Shown: piece by piece, positions 1 to 8,701 of the stretch
Numbering within the stretch: the first letter of the stretch is position 1
Layout: each line of letters begins with the position of its first letter
Assembly: GCF_040207875.1 (NCBI RefSeq)
Contig: NZ_CP157942.1
Location: 467,001 to 499,000 of the forward strand
Length of the DNA stretch: 32,000 nucleotides
Reading direction: 5' to 3'
Source: Wolbachia endosymbiont of Armadillidium arcangelii
Lineage (GTDB): Bacteria > Pseudomonadota > Alphaproteobacteria > Rickettsiales > Anaplasmataceae
Notes under the pieces: generated by a model
Database searches by the model: none
Seen by the model: only the letters and a program-made list of their open reading frames with translations
Told to the model about the DNA's origin: nothing
Program-made: the position numbers and the translations under genes

Positions 1-454
1 TTGTATATAATAACATGGCAACACTACCAATCAGAATCACAAAATTTCGTAATATGGTTAGTAAGCTGCTATTTATTATTGATTGCAGCACAGAGGTATC
101 AGTAATTAACGCTGAGATAACATCTTGTACGCCTATATTCTCAAAGAAGCTTGGTTGCAAGTTAGTGATACTGCTATATAAGTCATATCTGATTCTTGCG
201 ATAACTTTTTCGCTGCCAATGCCAATGAAATATAACCGAATAAATGCAGTGAGAGAAATGGCTAAAACTATAAGTATTGCAACTAATAGTTTGGTAGTAA
301 AATTGTGCTCTGCGCTAGAATCAATTATGTTGGTTAAGCCCCTACCAAAAAGAAGAATCGTTAAAGCTGAAAATAGAACTGCAATAAAAGCTACGATGAA
401 ATAAGATAGATTAGGTTTTATGTAGTAAAATAACTCTCTAATATTAGATCGCAT
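1..454 (-). CDS. ABC transporter transmembrane domain protein, N-terminal part; runs off the left edge
   Basis: Own translation of the minus strand from the ATG at 454 gives MRSNIRELFYYIKPNLSYFIVAFIAVLFSALTILLFGRGLTNIIDSSAEHNFTTKLLVAILIVLAISLTAFIRLYFIGIGSEKVIARIR.DLYSSITNLQPSFFENIGVQDVISALITDTSVLQSIINSS. This is an open frame to the window edge with an MsbA-like ABC exporter membrane-domain pattern. Absent from the ORF track because no stop falls inside the window. Confidence 0.75.
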   Translation of the reverse strand, partial: MRSNIRELFYYIKPNLSYFIVAFIAVLFSALTILLFGRGLTNIIDSSAEHNFTTKLLVAILIVLAISLTAFIRLYFIGIGSEKVIARIRYDLYSSITNLQPSFFENIGVQDVISALITDTSVLQSIINSSLLTILRNFVILIGSVAMLLYT

Positions 455-791
455 CTTATTTTAAAGTTTCTAAAGTTAAGTATATAGATTTTAGTTTTAG
501 GAAAAAGGTACAGCATTAGTCCACAGTGTACCTCCTGAGAGCAATACGTTCAAGAAACTTTAGTTTGATTTTTACTGTAGGACAGCATTATGCCAAGTGC
601 AATGCTCGAAGATAGAAGAGAAGAGCCACCATAGCTGAAGAGTTATGCCGGTGGTTGGAAAAATGCTCAATGTTACCCCTATGTTTATTATGAATTGTGT
701 AATAAAAAAACTACTGGCCAGACCAGAGTTTAATATTCATTGGGAACGTTCAAAGAAGTGTGTCAAACCTCCATTTTTTTATCAATTTATT

Positions 792-1923
792 GGGAGTGTT
801 AAATAAACTGTGTCAAACCAAGAAATAAAAATATAATTGATATAAAAAAACGGAGGTTTGACATGAGTCAAGTAAATAAAACTACCGGTTTGGTAGATTA
901 TAAAGAATTAGAAACCTGTCGTCTATACGAGAAGGAAGACCGTTGACAGGAAAGGAGGGAGCATTAACACCATTTATAAAAAAGCTGCTGGAGGCGAGTC
1001 TAGAAGGTGAAATAGAACACCACTTGTCTGGTGAAAGCGAAGAAAATAATCGAAGAAATGGGAAAAACTTTACGTACAACTCATTTGAGTTGTTAACACC
1101 TAGAGACAGGGAAGGAAGCTTTGAACCCCAAATAGTTAGAAAAAGACAAACAACAGAACTTGAAGCAAAGGTCTTAAGCACATTTGCCAGTGGCATGGAG
1201 ATATAGCGTCACATATTGAGGAAATTTACGATCACAAAATATCGGCGGCAGAGATATCAAGTATTACTGACAAACAGTAATCAACGAATGGCGTAGTCGT
1301 CCGCTGCAGTCTGTATATCCGATAGTTTTCATGGTTTTTTAAGGAGTTGTGTAAGTAAATGTATGTATAATATATTAGCAAAATGGCAGAAAAGAAGTTT
1401 TATTTAGCTGAAAGTGAAGTTCTGGTTGGGAGTACTAAATGATCTCAAAGAGAGAGGAGTGGAAGATATTCTAATTGCATGTGTAGATGGGCTAAAAAGC
1501 TTTCCTGCAGAAATAAACGGTGTGTTCCCTAATGCAGAATGTGTATAGTGCATCAGATACGTAACTCACTGAAGTATGTAGCTAGTAAAGAGTTTTTTGA
1601 GTGATTTAAAGAAAAGCTTCAAGTAAGGAAATTGCCGAGAATTATCTGTTGGAATTAGATGAAAAATGGGGCACAAAGTACCCTATAATCTTGGCAGAAT
1701 AATTGGGAAAACCTATCTGGTTATTTTAAGTATTCCGACCCAGTTAGGAGGATAATCTATACTACTAATCCCATAGAGGGGCTACATAGGCAAATTAGGA
1801 AATTCACCAAAACCAAGGGCTCATTTACTAGCATAAATGCCTTGTATAAATAGGTATATTGTGCTATAAAGAAAGCGGAGGAGAAATGGACTATGCCTAT
1901 ACATGATTGGGCATTGACTATAT
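792..1923 (+). pseudogene. Degenerate IS256-family transposase / IS remnant
   Basis: ATG at 863 gives MSQVNKTTGLVDYKELETCRLYEKEDR, then a frameshift into 943..1206 (LTPFIKKLLEASLEGEIEHHLSGESEENNRRNGKN). Further fragments are ERGVEDILIACVDGLKSFPAEINGVFPNAE..., LEEKWGTKYPIILAE, TNPIEGLHRQI-like, and a C-term MPIHDWALTISQF. These are Mutator/IS256 transposase signatures with several frame breaks. Confidence 0.75.
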
Positions 1924-1924
1924 C

Positions 1925-2608
1925 TCAGTTTATATCTCCAGCAATGATGAGCCCTCTATCTTCCTTTAACCTTCCACCACTTTCTTGCAGAAAAAGTCTG
2001 CCGAGCAAAGTTTTGTATTTGTTAATTCCAGAGTAAATTATTCCATTGTATCTTCCGGCAGCAAGGTATGCGAAACCCAGAACTGTCGAGCCGAGGGAGC
2101 GTACATTATTATTGCCAGGCAATAATTTATTTAATAAATCACCATTTATGTCTATTATCCCCCCTTCACGGGCTTTCATTCGCATTCTTACATGACGAGA
2201 TTTAAAATCTTCAAGAAAAGCACCTTTCTTTTCTTCTGCCCAAAAAGTTTCTCTAAGGGCTGGGGCATCAATCACAGCTGCTACAACTCTGTTTTTATGA
2301 ATGAGACAAACTGATACTGCAAAGTAAACCATGCAGCTAAAAAAATTTTCCTTGCCCTCTATGGGCATAATAAACCAAGTATAACCTTCGTCTTTTGCAT
2401 CTTGATCTTCACAAATAAACTCATAGTCTTGTTTGTAATTTTTCAAGCAATCGTATATAAGTTGCTTGGAATTTGAATAAGTTTTATTGATAAAGTCCGC
2501 TGACTTAACACTGGAAATTTGCAATTCATTAAAATCACGTATAAGCTGCTTGGAGGCACTGCGTACAGAATCAAGCATCGCATTGATTCGTGGTGATGAA
2601 ATGGCCAT
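1925..2608 (-). CDS. Inositol monophosphatase (SuhB-like) family protein with atypical active site
   Basis: 228-codon ORF directly after efp. Family architecture is present (ICEDQDAKDEGYTWFIMPIEGKENFFSCMVYFAVSVCLIHKNRVVAAVIDAP and LFLQESGGRLKED), but canonical motifs are altered. Confidence 0.7.
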   Translation of the reverse strand: MAISSPRINAMLDSVRSASKQLIRDFNELQISSVKSADFINKTYSNSKQLIYDCLKNYKQDYEFICEDQDAKDEGYTWFIMPIEGKENFFSCMVYFAVSVCLIHKNRVVAAVIDAPALRETFWAEEKKGAFLEDFKSRHVRMRMKAREGGIIDINGDLLNKLLPGNNNVRSLGSTVLGFAYLAAGRYNGIIYSGINKYKTLLGRLFLQESGGRLKEDRGLIIAGDIN

Positions 2609-3175
2609 CTACTCTTTTACTCTTTCGTAATAGCTGTTATCAGGAGTATGTACTACAATTTTATCACCTTCTTTTATAAATTGAGGCACGTTAACGCGTA
2701 TTTCGTTTTCCAAAATTGCAGGCTTATAAGAAGCAGTAACAGTCTGCCCTTTGATAACAGATTCTGTTTCTTTTACAGTTAATGTAACATAATCAGGCAC
2801 ATGCGCAGAAATTATTTTATCCTGATAAGTTACTACTTTAATTTTCATATTATCTTGTAAATAAGCCTTTTTTTTCCCTAATAAATCTAAATTTATAATA
2901 ATCTGCTCGTAATTACTTGGATGCATAAGATTTACAATATTTCCCTCAGTGAAAAGGTAAACATATTCCTCTTCATCTAAAATTGCCCTTCTGATTGTTG
3001 CATCAGAACGAAACCTTTCATAGTATTTTGCTCCAGTTTTGATATTTTTCATTTCAGCTTGTATGTATGCACCACCTTTACCAGGTTGAGTATGCATAAT
3101 ACTCACAACCAAAAACAACCCACCATTATGTTCCAGAACCTGACCTGGTCTGATATCATTAGCCCTTTCTGCCAT
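2609..3175 (-). CDS. efp: Translation elongation factor P
   Basis: 188 aa, MAERANDIRPGQVLEHNGGLFLVVSIMHTQPGKGGAYIQAEMKNIKTGAKYYERFRSDATIRRA...; KOW/OB architecture and the PGKGGA loop are recognisable end to end. Confidence 0.97.
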   Translation of the reverse strand: MAERANDIRPGQVLEHNGGLFLVVSIMHTQPGKGGAYIQAEMKNIKTGAKYYERFRSDATIRRAILDEEEYVYLFTEGNIVNLMHPSNYEQIIINLDLLGKKKAYLQDNMKIKVVTYQDKIISAHVPDYVTLTVKETESVIKGQTVTASYKPAILENEIRVNVPQFIKEGDKIVVHTPDNSYYERVKE

Positions 3176-3237
3176 AATTACACCTTTAATTTAGTCTGAC
3201 GATTATAAATAACTTTATACAAACATCAAAGTCTTTA

Positions 3238-3735
3238 TTAATCAATAAATCCTGGCATATTGATTGCTATATACCTTTTCTTTATATTTATATGTGGAAA
3301 TGTTTCTTTAGTGAAAGATAGCATGATGTTTTTTTTTGTGCTGATAACCAAAACTTCTAATATATCCCCTGAGCCAAAATTGCATACAGATTTCACATAG
3401 CCATATAATTCATTACTCTCTAGCCTTACTTCCATGTTTATAAGGTCACTTTGATAAAATTCATCCTCATTATTTAACTGTGGTAGTTTGTCTCTTTCTA
3501 TGTATAATTTCTTGTTTCTTAAAAGCTCTGCTTCATTACGTGAATTTACATCGCTGATTATTGCTATTACTGAATTATCACCAATAACAGACACCGAGCT
3601 TATTTTGTAATTTTCATCGCCACTTGTTAGTTCACCGTATAGGGAAATATTTTCGGGCTTTTCAGTAAAGGTTTTTATTTTGACAGCCCCTTTGATTCCG
3701 TGGGGAGAAGTAATTATACCGAGACATACATTCAT
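3238..3735 (-). CDS. rimM: Ribosome maturation factor RimM (likely start at 3735; the track's 3801 start adds 22 aa)
   Basis: [36 protein letters not shown]... matches the RimM N-terminal pattern (G.i...HGIKG..K...T), with a PRC-barrel-like C-terminal half. Confidence 0.88.
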   Translation of the reverse strand: MNVCLGIITSPHGIKGAVKIKTFTEKPENISLYGELTSGDENYKISSVSVIGDNSVIAIISDVNSRNEAELLRNKKLYIERDKLPQLNNEDEFYQSDLINMEVRLESNELYGYVKSVCNFGSGDILEVLVISTKKNIMLSFTKETFPHINIKKRYIAINMPGFID

Positions 3736-3832
3736 ATTAGTATGATAGCTAAAATCAGCTTTTTGTCTATAGAATTGACAATTTACTGAATTAACATACA
3801 ATTAATATTGTTATAATTATAGTGGGTAATGT

Positions 3833-6800
3833 GTGAGTTCTATCAGTAATCAAGAAAAGCAAAGTATCATTAGTGGCTTAGAAGAAATCAACTGCAAGCT
3901 ACAAGGTGAATCTATAAAGCTTGATGACACAAAGGAATCTATAATAGTAGCACGTCGTAAACCTGTTGTTGAGGGGATATTAGAACATCTAAGTAACTCT
4001 TCCACTACTAACTGTAATGTTATGATCGATGCAGAAACTGGATTTGGGAAGACTTACGATATTGGAATGTGGAGTCATGTACTAGCCCAAGTAGGGTTTC
4101 ATCATCTGGTTGCAGTACCAAACAGTGATCTAGTAAACCAAGCTAAAAAAATGATGAGTAGTGCATTTACTGTAAACATTAGAACACCTAAAACTGCTGA
4201 GGAAATTAAAAATGCATTGAAGGCAACTGAACCTACAACAATTATAGTAACGCATGACCTGCTCTTACATGATCAAAAATTTGAAGACCAAAATACCAAA
4301 TTGTGGATTAGTGTTGATGAAGCAGACAGTATCAGCAAGCAGCAGGCTTTTGAGAACATGTGCAAGCTTGATGGGGAGTATCCTACAACTTATCTAACTG
4401 CAACACCAAAGAGAAGGATTTTAAATAGATGCGGAAAAGTTATCAGCCCTACAAGATTGAGTAGACGTTGTATTGCAAGCACCATCGAAACAATGAGTGT
4501 TATTGCAAAAACCAATAGAAGAGCAAATTTCACTCTAGCATTTGTAGTGAATATTGCTGTTACTATAATACCTATGATTATATTATTTCCTGTTATAAAA
4601 AGTAATGTTGCTGCAATAGTTGGTATAACTTCAAATTATTGGCTGTATTCTGCTTTGATTAAGCAGCTATACCATACAATTTCTCTGTTTATATTTGGTA
4701 TAGTAATGTTGCCAATTTGGTGGGTGCTAACTAAAGCAACTGGAATAGAATCAAGAGAACTGCTTTCTAGATTTCTTGCTAACCTGCGTAGCTTATTTAC
4801 TAGAGAAAAATCCAGTCCAGTTCATGAATATGTTGAAGAGAGTGAAGAAGTTTTTAATTACAATAAACTTGTTGATAACGATGATTTATTAACTTCTGTA
4901 AGATGGAACGTGCAAAGCCCAATTGGAGAAAGTGCTCTGATTTTAGTTGATGATGTAAATAGCATAGTTAATCTTAGTTTTGCATTGCAGGGTAAGAATA
5001 ATTTAGTATATGAAGGTGGTACACGTTATGAAGTATATAATAAATTCCAGCCTGAAGGGATGTCATATCAAGACTACAGGCTCAAGTTACGTGAAGCGAA
5101 TTTTATAAACTGTGTTAAAAAGCAACATCCTAGTCTGACAGAAGCGCAGATATCTGAATTAAAAGAGAAAGTCGATTTTAGTGATACCGCTAAATATTTA
5201 AAATATAGAGTAATGCATTCAATGATCGATCTTACTCTCTCATATTTAATGAAGTGTGATAATATTACTTTAGATAAAAAAAGAAGAGAAGGTTTAGGCG
5301 GATTGATAGAAGATGTTAAAAAGAATATTAGCTCTACTAATGATAACAATATTATAAGCTACCTAAAGGAAAAAGGCTTTAGTGAACAATTTGCTAGAGG
5401 CAAGCTTTTACCGCAAATAAAGGTAGTAATTGAAGCATTGCGTAAAAGTGATAATGAGCAATGCAGGTTAATAGTTGATAACTGGCACTTAAGCAAAGAG
5501 CTACATGGTTTCATGGAAAGAGAAGAAGGTGTACTGCATAGCCTCAGTAATTTCTGCAAGGAAAATAAATGCATCTTTGCAGGGATTGGGAGAAATGATC
5601 TTGATATTGAAGAGAACAGACCCTTTTCAGCAATAATGCGTAATCAAATAGGCGGATATCGAACTATCCATTGTGATTATGAAAAAAGGGATTTTGATGC
5701 GTTAGCTAAATGTGCGTTGACAACGATTGTAGATGGATCGAAAGGTCGTGGGTTTGATAGTGAATATAATCATGTTGCATCAATATTTGCAGATTCAATC
5801 AGTCAATTCAATAATCCATCTGAAGCCCTACAAAATCTTGGAAGAAATAGGGAACGTAATGCGAGCAGGCAAGCATGGTTTTTTGCTGCTGCAGGTGAAA
5901 AAGTTGAGCTATTTGTGGATAAGATCTTAGCAAATTTTAAAAACGAACCACGGAATTTTTGTCAGAAAATTTTGTTTCCAGCTACTGATAAATACAATAA
6001 GTTGCTAAAAAATAGAATGGGAGAAGAACTTGGAAGGAAAATAGAAATCTATATTAGTAAAAACATTGATGCATTAGGAAATATCAACGATCCAGCTCTG
6101 AAAAAATTTTCTAGTGATTTGATAAAGGAAGCGTACGAAAAAGTTCATGACATCAATGATTTTGATGTCAAAAAGACAGAAGAAGACTTGCATAAGATTT
6201 TAAAGAGCACAGAGAAATACCTTCGTTCATATGAGGATAGAGTTAAAAACGACGGTAAGTTATCTTGCACACGCTCAGCTTTGTTTTCTGTGGGAAGTAC
6301 TATAACAAAGGTAATGTATTATCTATGGGCAGGGTTTGACTATTTAGTCTTTTTGGCTAAAGCGTACAATATAGATAAATCTGAAGATGCCAGTGCAAGA
6401 GCGTATGTACACATAATCAGAAATTGCCACTGTGAGAGTAGTGTAAAAGCTCAAAATGTATTAGCTCATGCGTTAGAAATCGCTAAAAAGCATGACGATA
6501 GTTTTACACAAAATAGGTTTTACGAAGAGAATGGAGATAGATGTAAAGAAAAAATCATCTCATATTTTCAATCCAAGCAATATATACGTGCATTAGATAG
6601 AACAATTGCTCAAATTAAAAATGAACACTTGGTAACAATTTTGAAAATTGTAGGCTGCAGAGGTGATACTAATAAATTGGCACAAGAAATTAAAGATTTT
6701 TTATGTGATTTAAAGAATTTAAACTGCGCAAACTTTAGAGAAAAGTATTATCAAGGAAACTCATATCAAGAGAGCAAATTATGCAAGATCAATAATCAGA

Positions 6801-7465
6801 TCAGTATAGTAATTGATGAAATTGTAAATTGCCATAAGTGGCGTCATGGAATAGAGGGCTTGGAGCTAAAATTAAAAACCAATCATAGTATTTTTGAAGT
6901 AAGAGTTAACAATGATTTTTCTAAGTTATGTGAGAAAAACTTTAACAATCGCTCTAAAAACAGGACATATCTAGGTAGAGCTATGCTATTTGTTGGATTT
7001 ATAGTTTCAATGAAGCTTATAAGTAGAATATTATTAGGCCAGAACATGCCATTGCCTTCACTTTGTGGTTTGATAGTATTTGGACCACTAGCGTTTTTGT
7101 GTGGTGCATTGTTATATGAAATAACGACCTATTTAACAAGAGGAGCATTTTTTTTTGGAACATCAATTCTTTTAGAGAAACTGCCTAGATGTATTTTTAA
7201 AAATGGTTTAATGCAGAATTTATTAGGCGCAATTTTATCATCTGGTCATTACGTTTTCTTATTTATTAAGAAAAATATCTTACAATCGTTTATATTTGAG
7301 GATGTAACAAAATTTGACTCACTAAGTGATATAAATGAGCTTACACTGATAAGAAAGGAGGGAAAAGTGAAATGCATGAATGAAACAACTAATGAAGTTA
7401 TAGCTACTGACTTGTCTGCAGTTTCAGTACAGCCAACAACTAGCGAGCAGGTCTGCTACGCTTAA
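3833..7465 (+). CDS. SF2 DEAD/DEAH-like helicase-domain protein with predicted transmembrane segments
   Basis: 1210 aa. Walker A AETGFGKT, motif Ia-like VAVPNSDLVNQ, motif II ISVDEAD, motif III-like TYLTATP, motif V-like TIVDGSKGRGFD, motif VI-like LGRNRERNA. Long hydrophobic stretches (FVVNIAVTIIPMIILFPVI; AMLFVGFIVSMKLISRILL; SLCGLIVFGPLAFLCGALLY). Confidence 0.75.
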   Translation: MSSISNQEKQSIISGLEEINCKLQGESIKLDDTKESIIVARRKPVVEGILEHLSNSSTTNCNVMIDAETGFGKTYDIGMWSHVLAQVGFHHLVAVPNSDLVNQAKKMMSSAFTVNIRTPKTAEEIKNALKATEPTTIIVTHDLLLHDQKFEDQNTKLWISVDEADSISKQQAFENMCKLDGEYPTTYLTATPKRRILNRCGKVISPTRLSRRCIASTIETMSVIAKTNRRANFTLAFVVNIAVTIIPMIILFPVIKSNVAAIVGITSNYWLYSALIKQLYHTISLFIFGIVMLPIWWVLTKATGIESRELLSRFLANLRSLFTREKSSPVHEYVEESEEVFNYNKLVDNDDLLTSVRWNVQSPIGESALILVDDVNSIVNLSFALQGKNNLVYEGGTRYEVYNKFQPEGMSYQDYRLKLREANFINCVKKQHPSLTEAQISELKEKVDFSDTAKYLKYRVMHSMIDLTLSYLMKCDNITLDKKRREGLGGLIEDVKKNISSTNDNNIISYLKEKGFSEQFARGKLLPQIKVVIEALRKSDNEQCRLIVDNWHLSKELHGFMEREEGVLHSLSNFCKENKCIFAGIGRNDLDIEENRPFSAIMRNQIGGYRTIHCDYEKRDFDALAKCALTTIVDGSKGRGFDSEYNHVASIFADSISQFNNPSEALQNLGRNRERNASRQAWFFAAAGEKVELFVDKILANFKNEPRNFCQKILFPATDKYNKLLKNRMGEELGRKIEIYISKNIDALGNINDPALKKFSSDLIKEAYEKVHDINDFDVKKTEEDLHKILKSTEKYLRSYEDRVKNDGKLSCTRSALFSVGSTITKVMYYLWAGFDYLVFLAKAYNIDKSEDASARAYVHIIRNCHCESSVKAQNVLAHALEIAKKHDDSFTQNRFYEENGDRCKEKIISYFQSKQYIRALDRTIAQIKNEHLVTILKIVGCRGDTNKLAQEIKDFLCDLKNLNCANFREKYYQGNSYQESKLCKINNQISIVIDEIVNCHKWRHGIEGLELKLKTNHSIFEVRVNNDFSKLCEKNFNNRSKNRTYLGRAMLFVGFIVSMKLISRILLGQNMPLPSLCGLIVFGPLAFLCGALLYEITTYLTRGAFFFGTSILLEKLPRCIFKNGLMQNLLGAILSSGHYVFLFIKKNILQSFIFEDVTKFDSLSDINELTLIRKEGKVKCMNETTNEVIATDLSAVSVQPTTSEQVCYA

Positions 7466-8637
7466 CTGAAAGATTTTTCAGTTAAATATTGAGTCAGGAT
7501 ATCAATGCCTTTATCAATCTCTTTTTCAGTGATAATGAGTGGAGGCAAAATTCTTACAACGTTATCTGATGTTACTCCAACAGTGAGTAAGCTACGGTGA
7601 CTTAGCTCTTCTGCGAACTTTTGGTTATTCATTTTTACTTTTATTCCGAGCATTAACCCTTTTCCTCTTACTTCTTCTATCATTGAAAACTTACTTGCTA
7701 AGTCCTCTAATTTATTTTTTAAATACTTACCTCTGACTTCAACGTTTTCTAAGAAGCCAGGGCTGAGCAATTCATCCAGTACAGCATTGCCTACTGAAGT
7801 TGCAAGTGGATTGCCACCAAAAGTGGAACTATGCATGCCGACCGCGATGTACTTAGCAGCCTTTTCAGTTGCAAGACAAGCCCCTAGCGGGAACCCTCCC
7901 CCTATTCCTTTTGCAAGGGCGCATATGTCAGGCTTAACTCCTATGTGTTCGTACGCAAATAATCTTCCTGTTCTACCAGCACCGCACTGCACGCAATCAA
8001 AAAATAACAATATGTCATTTTCGTCACATAGTTTTCTTAGTTCCTGCATAAAGGTATCATCCATTACTTTGATACCACCTTGTCCCTGTATTGGTTCTAT
8101 TAATATAACACCTATACCACTGGAAATTGCTTTCTTTACACTCTCAATATTGGACTCTATGTTATCACACCATTCAATGTAAGGATTCAGTAATTCAGAA
8201 AATTTCTGTCTATCGTTCGTAGCACAGGTTAAAAATGTTCTGCCATGAAATGCACCATGAAACGTTAAAATTCTATGGCGATTTTTATTACCCTTTCCGT
8301 TTTGATAGGCCCTGGCAATCTTAAGTCCGCACTCCACTGCTTCTGCTCCAGAATTTGTGAAAAATACGGTATCAGCAAAGCTGTTGTTTATTAAATTTTC
8401 TGCAAAGTTGTTGGCAGTAGAGATATTATAGGTATTTGATATATGCCATAGCTTTTCTCCTTGTAATTTTAGGACATTAGTTAACCGTGGGTTGGCATGA
8501 CCTAAGCTGCTAACAGCTATTCCAGAGTGAAAATCTATATAGCGCTTGTTGTCGATATCATACAAGTAAATACCTTTACCATAAGAAAAATTTATATTAA
8601 TAGGAGAATAAACTGGCAAGATAGGAGAAATTGTCAT
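7462..8637 (-). CDS. argD: Class III PLP-dependent aminotransferase, acetylornithine/succinyldiaminopimelate aminotransferase-like
   Basis: 391 aa with FTNSGAEAVECGLKIAR, FHGAFHGRTF, CALAKGIGGGFPLGA (PLP lysine motif), STFGGNPLA, EVRGKGLMLGI. Confidence 0.88.
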   Translation of the reverse strand: MTISPILPVYSPININFSYGKGIYLYDIDNKRYIDFHSGIAVSSLGHANPRLTNVLKLQGEKLWHISNTYNISTANNFAENLINNSFADTVFFTNSGAEAVECGLKIARAYQNGKGNKNRHRILTFHGAFHGRTFLTCATNDRQKFSELLNPYIEWCDNIESNIESVKKAISSGIGVILIEPIQGQGGIKVMDDTFMQELRKLCDENDILLFFDCVQCGAGRTGRLFAYEHIGVKPDICALAKGIGGGFPLGACLATEKAAKYIAVGMHSSTFGGNPLATSVGNAVLDELLSPGFLENVEVRGKYLKNKLEDLASKFSMIEEVRGKGLMLGIKVKMNNQKFAEELSHRSLLTVGVTSDNVVRILPPLIITEKEIDKGIDILTQYLTEKSFS

Positions 8638-8701
8638 AAAAGTATGATATGCTAATTTTTAATTAATACCATAAAAGCCGTTATTTTACAATGAGAAGGA
8701 T

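Noticed and set aside
15-404. 129-aa plus-strand ORF
   Set aside because: Lies antisense to a much better minus-strand ABC transporter frame running to the edge.
5074-5574. Minus-strand ORFs inside the helicase-like gene
   Set aside because: Low-complexity Leu/Ser-rich antisense translations with no family features.
7787-8182. 131-aa plus-strand ORF
   Set aside because: Antisense shadow of the argD-like aminotransferase, which has full motif support.
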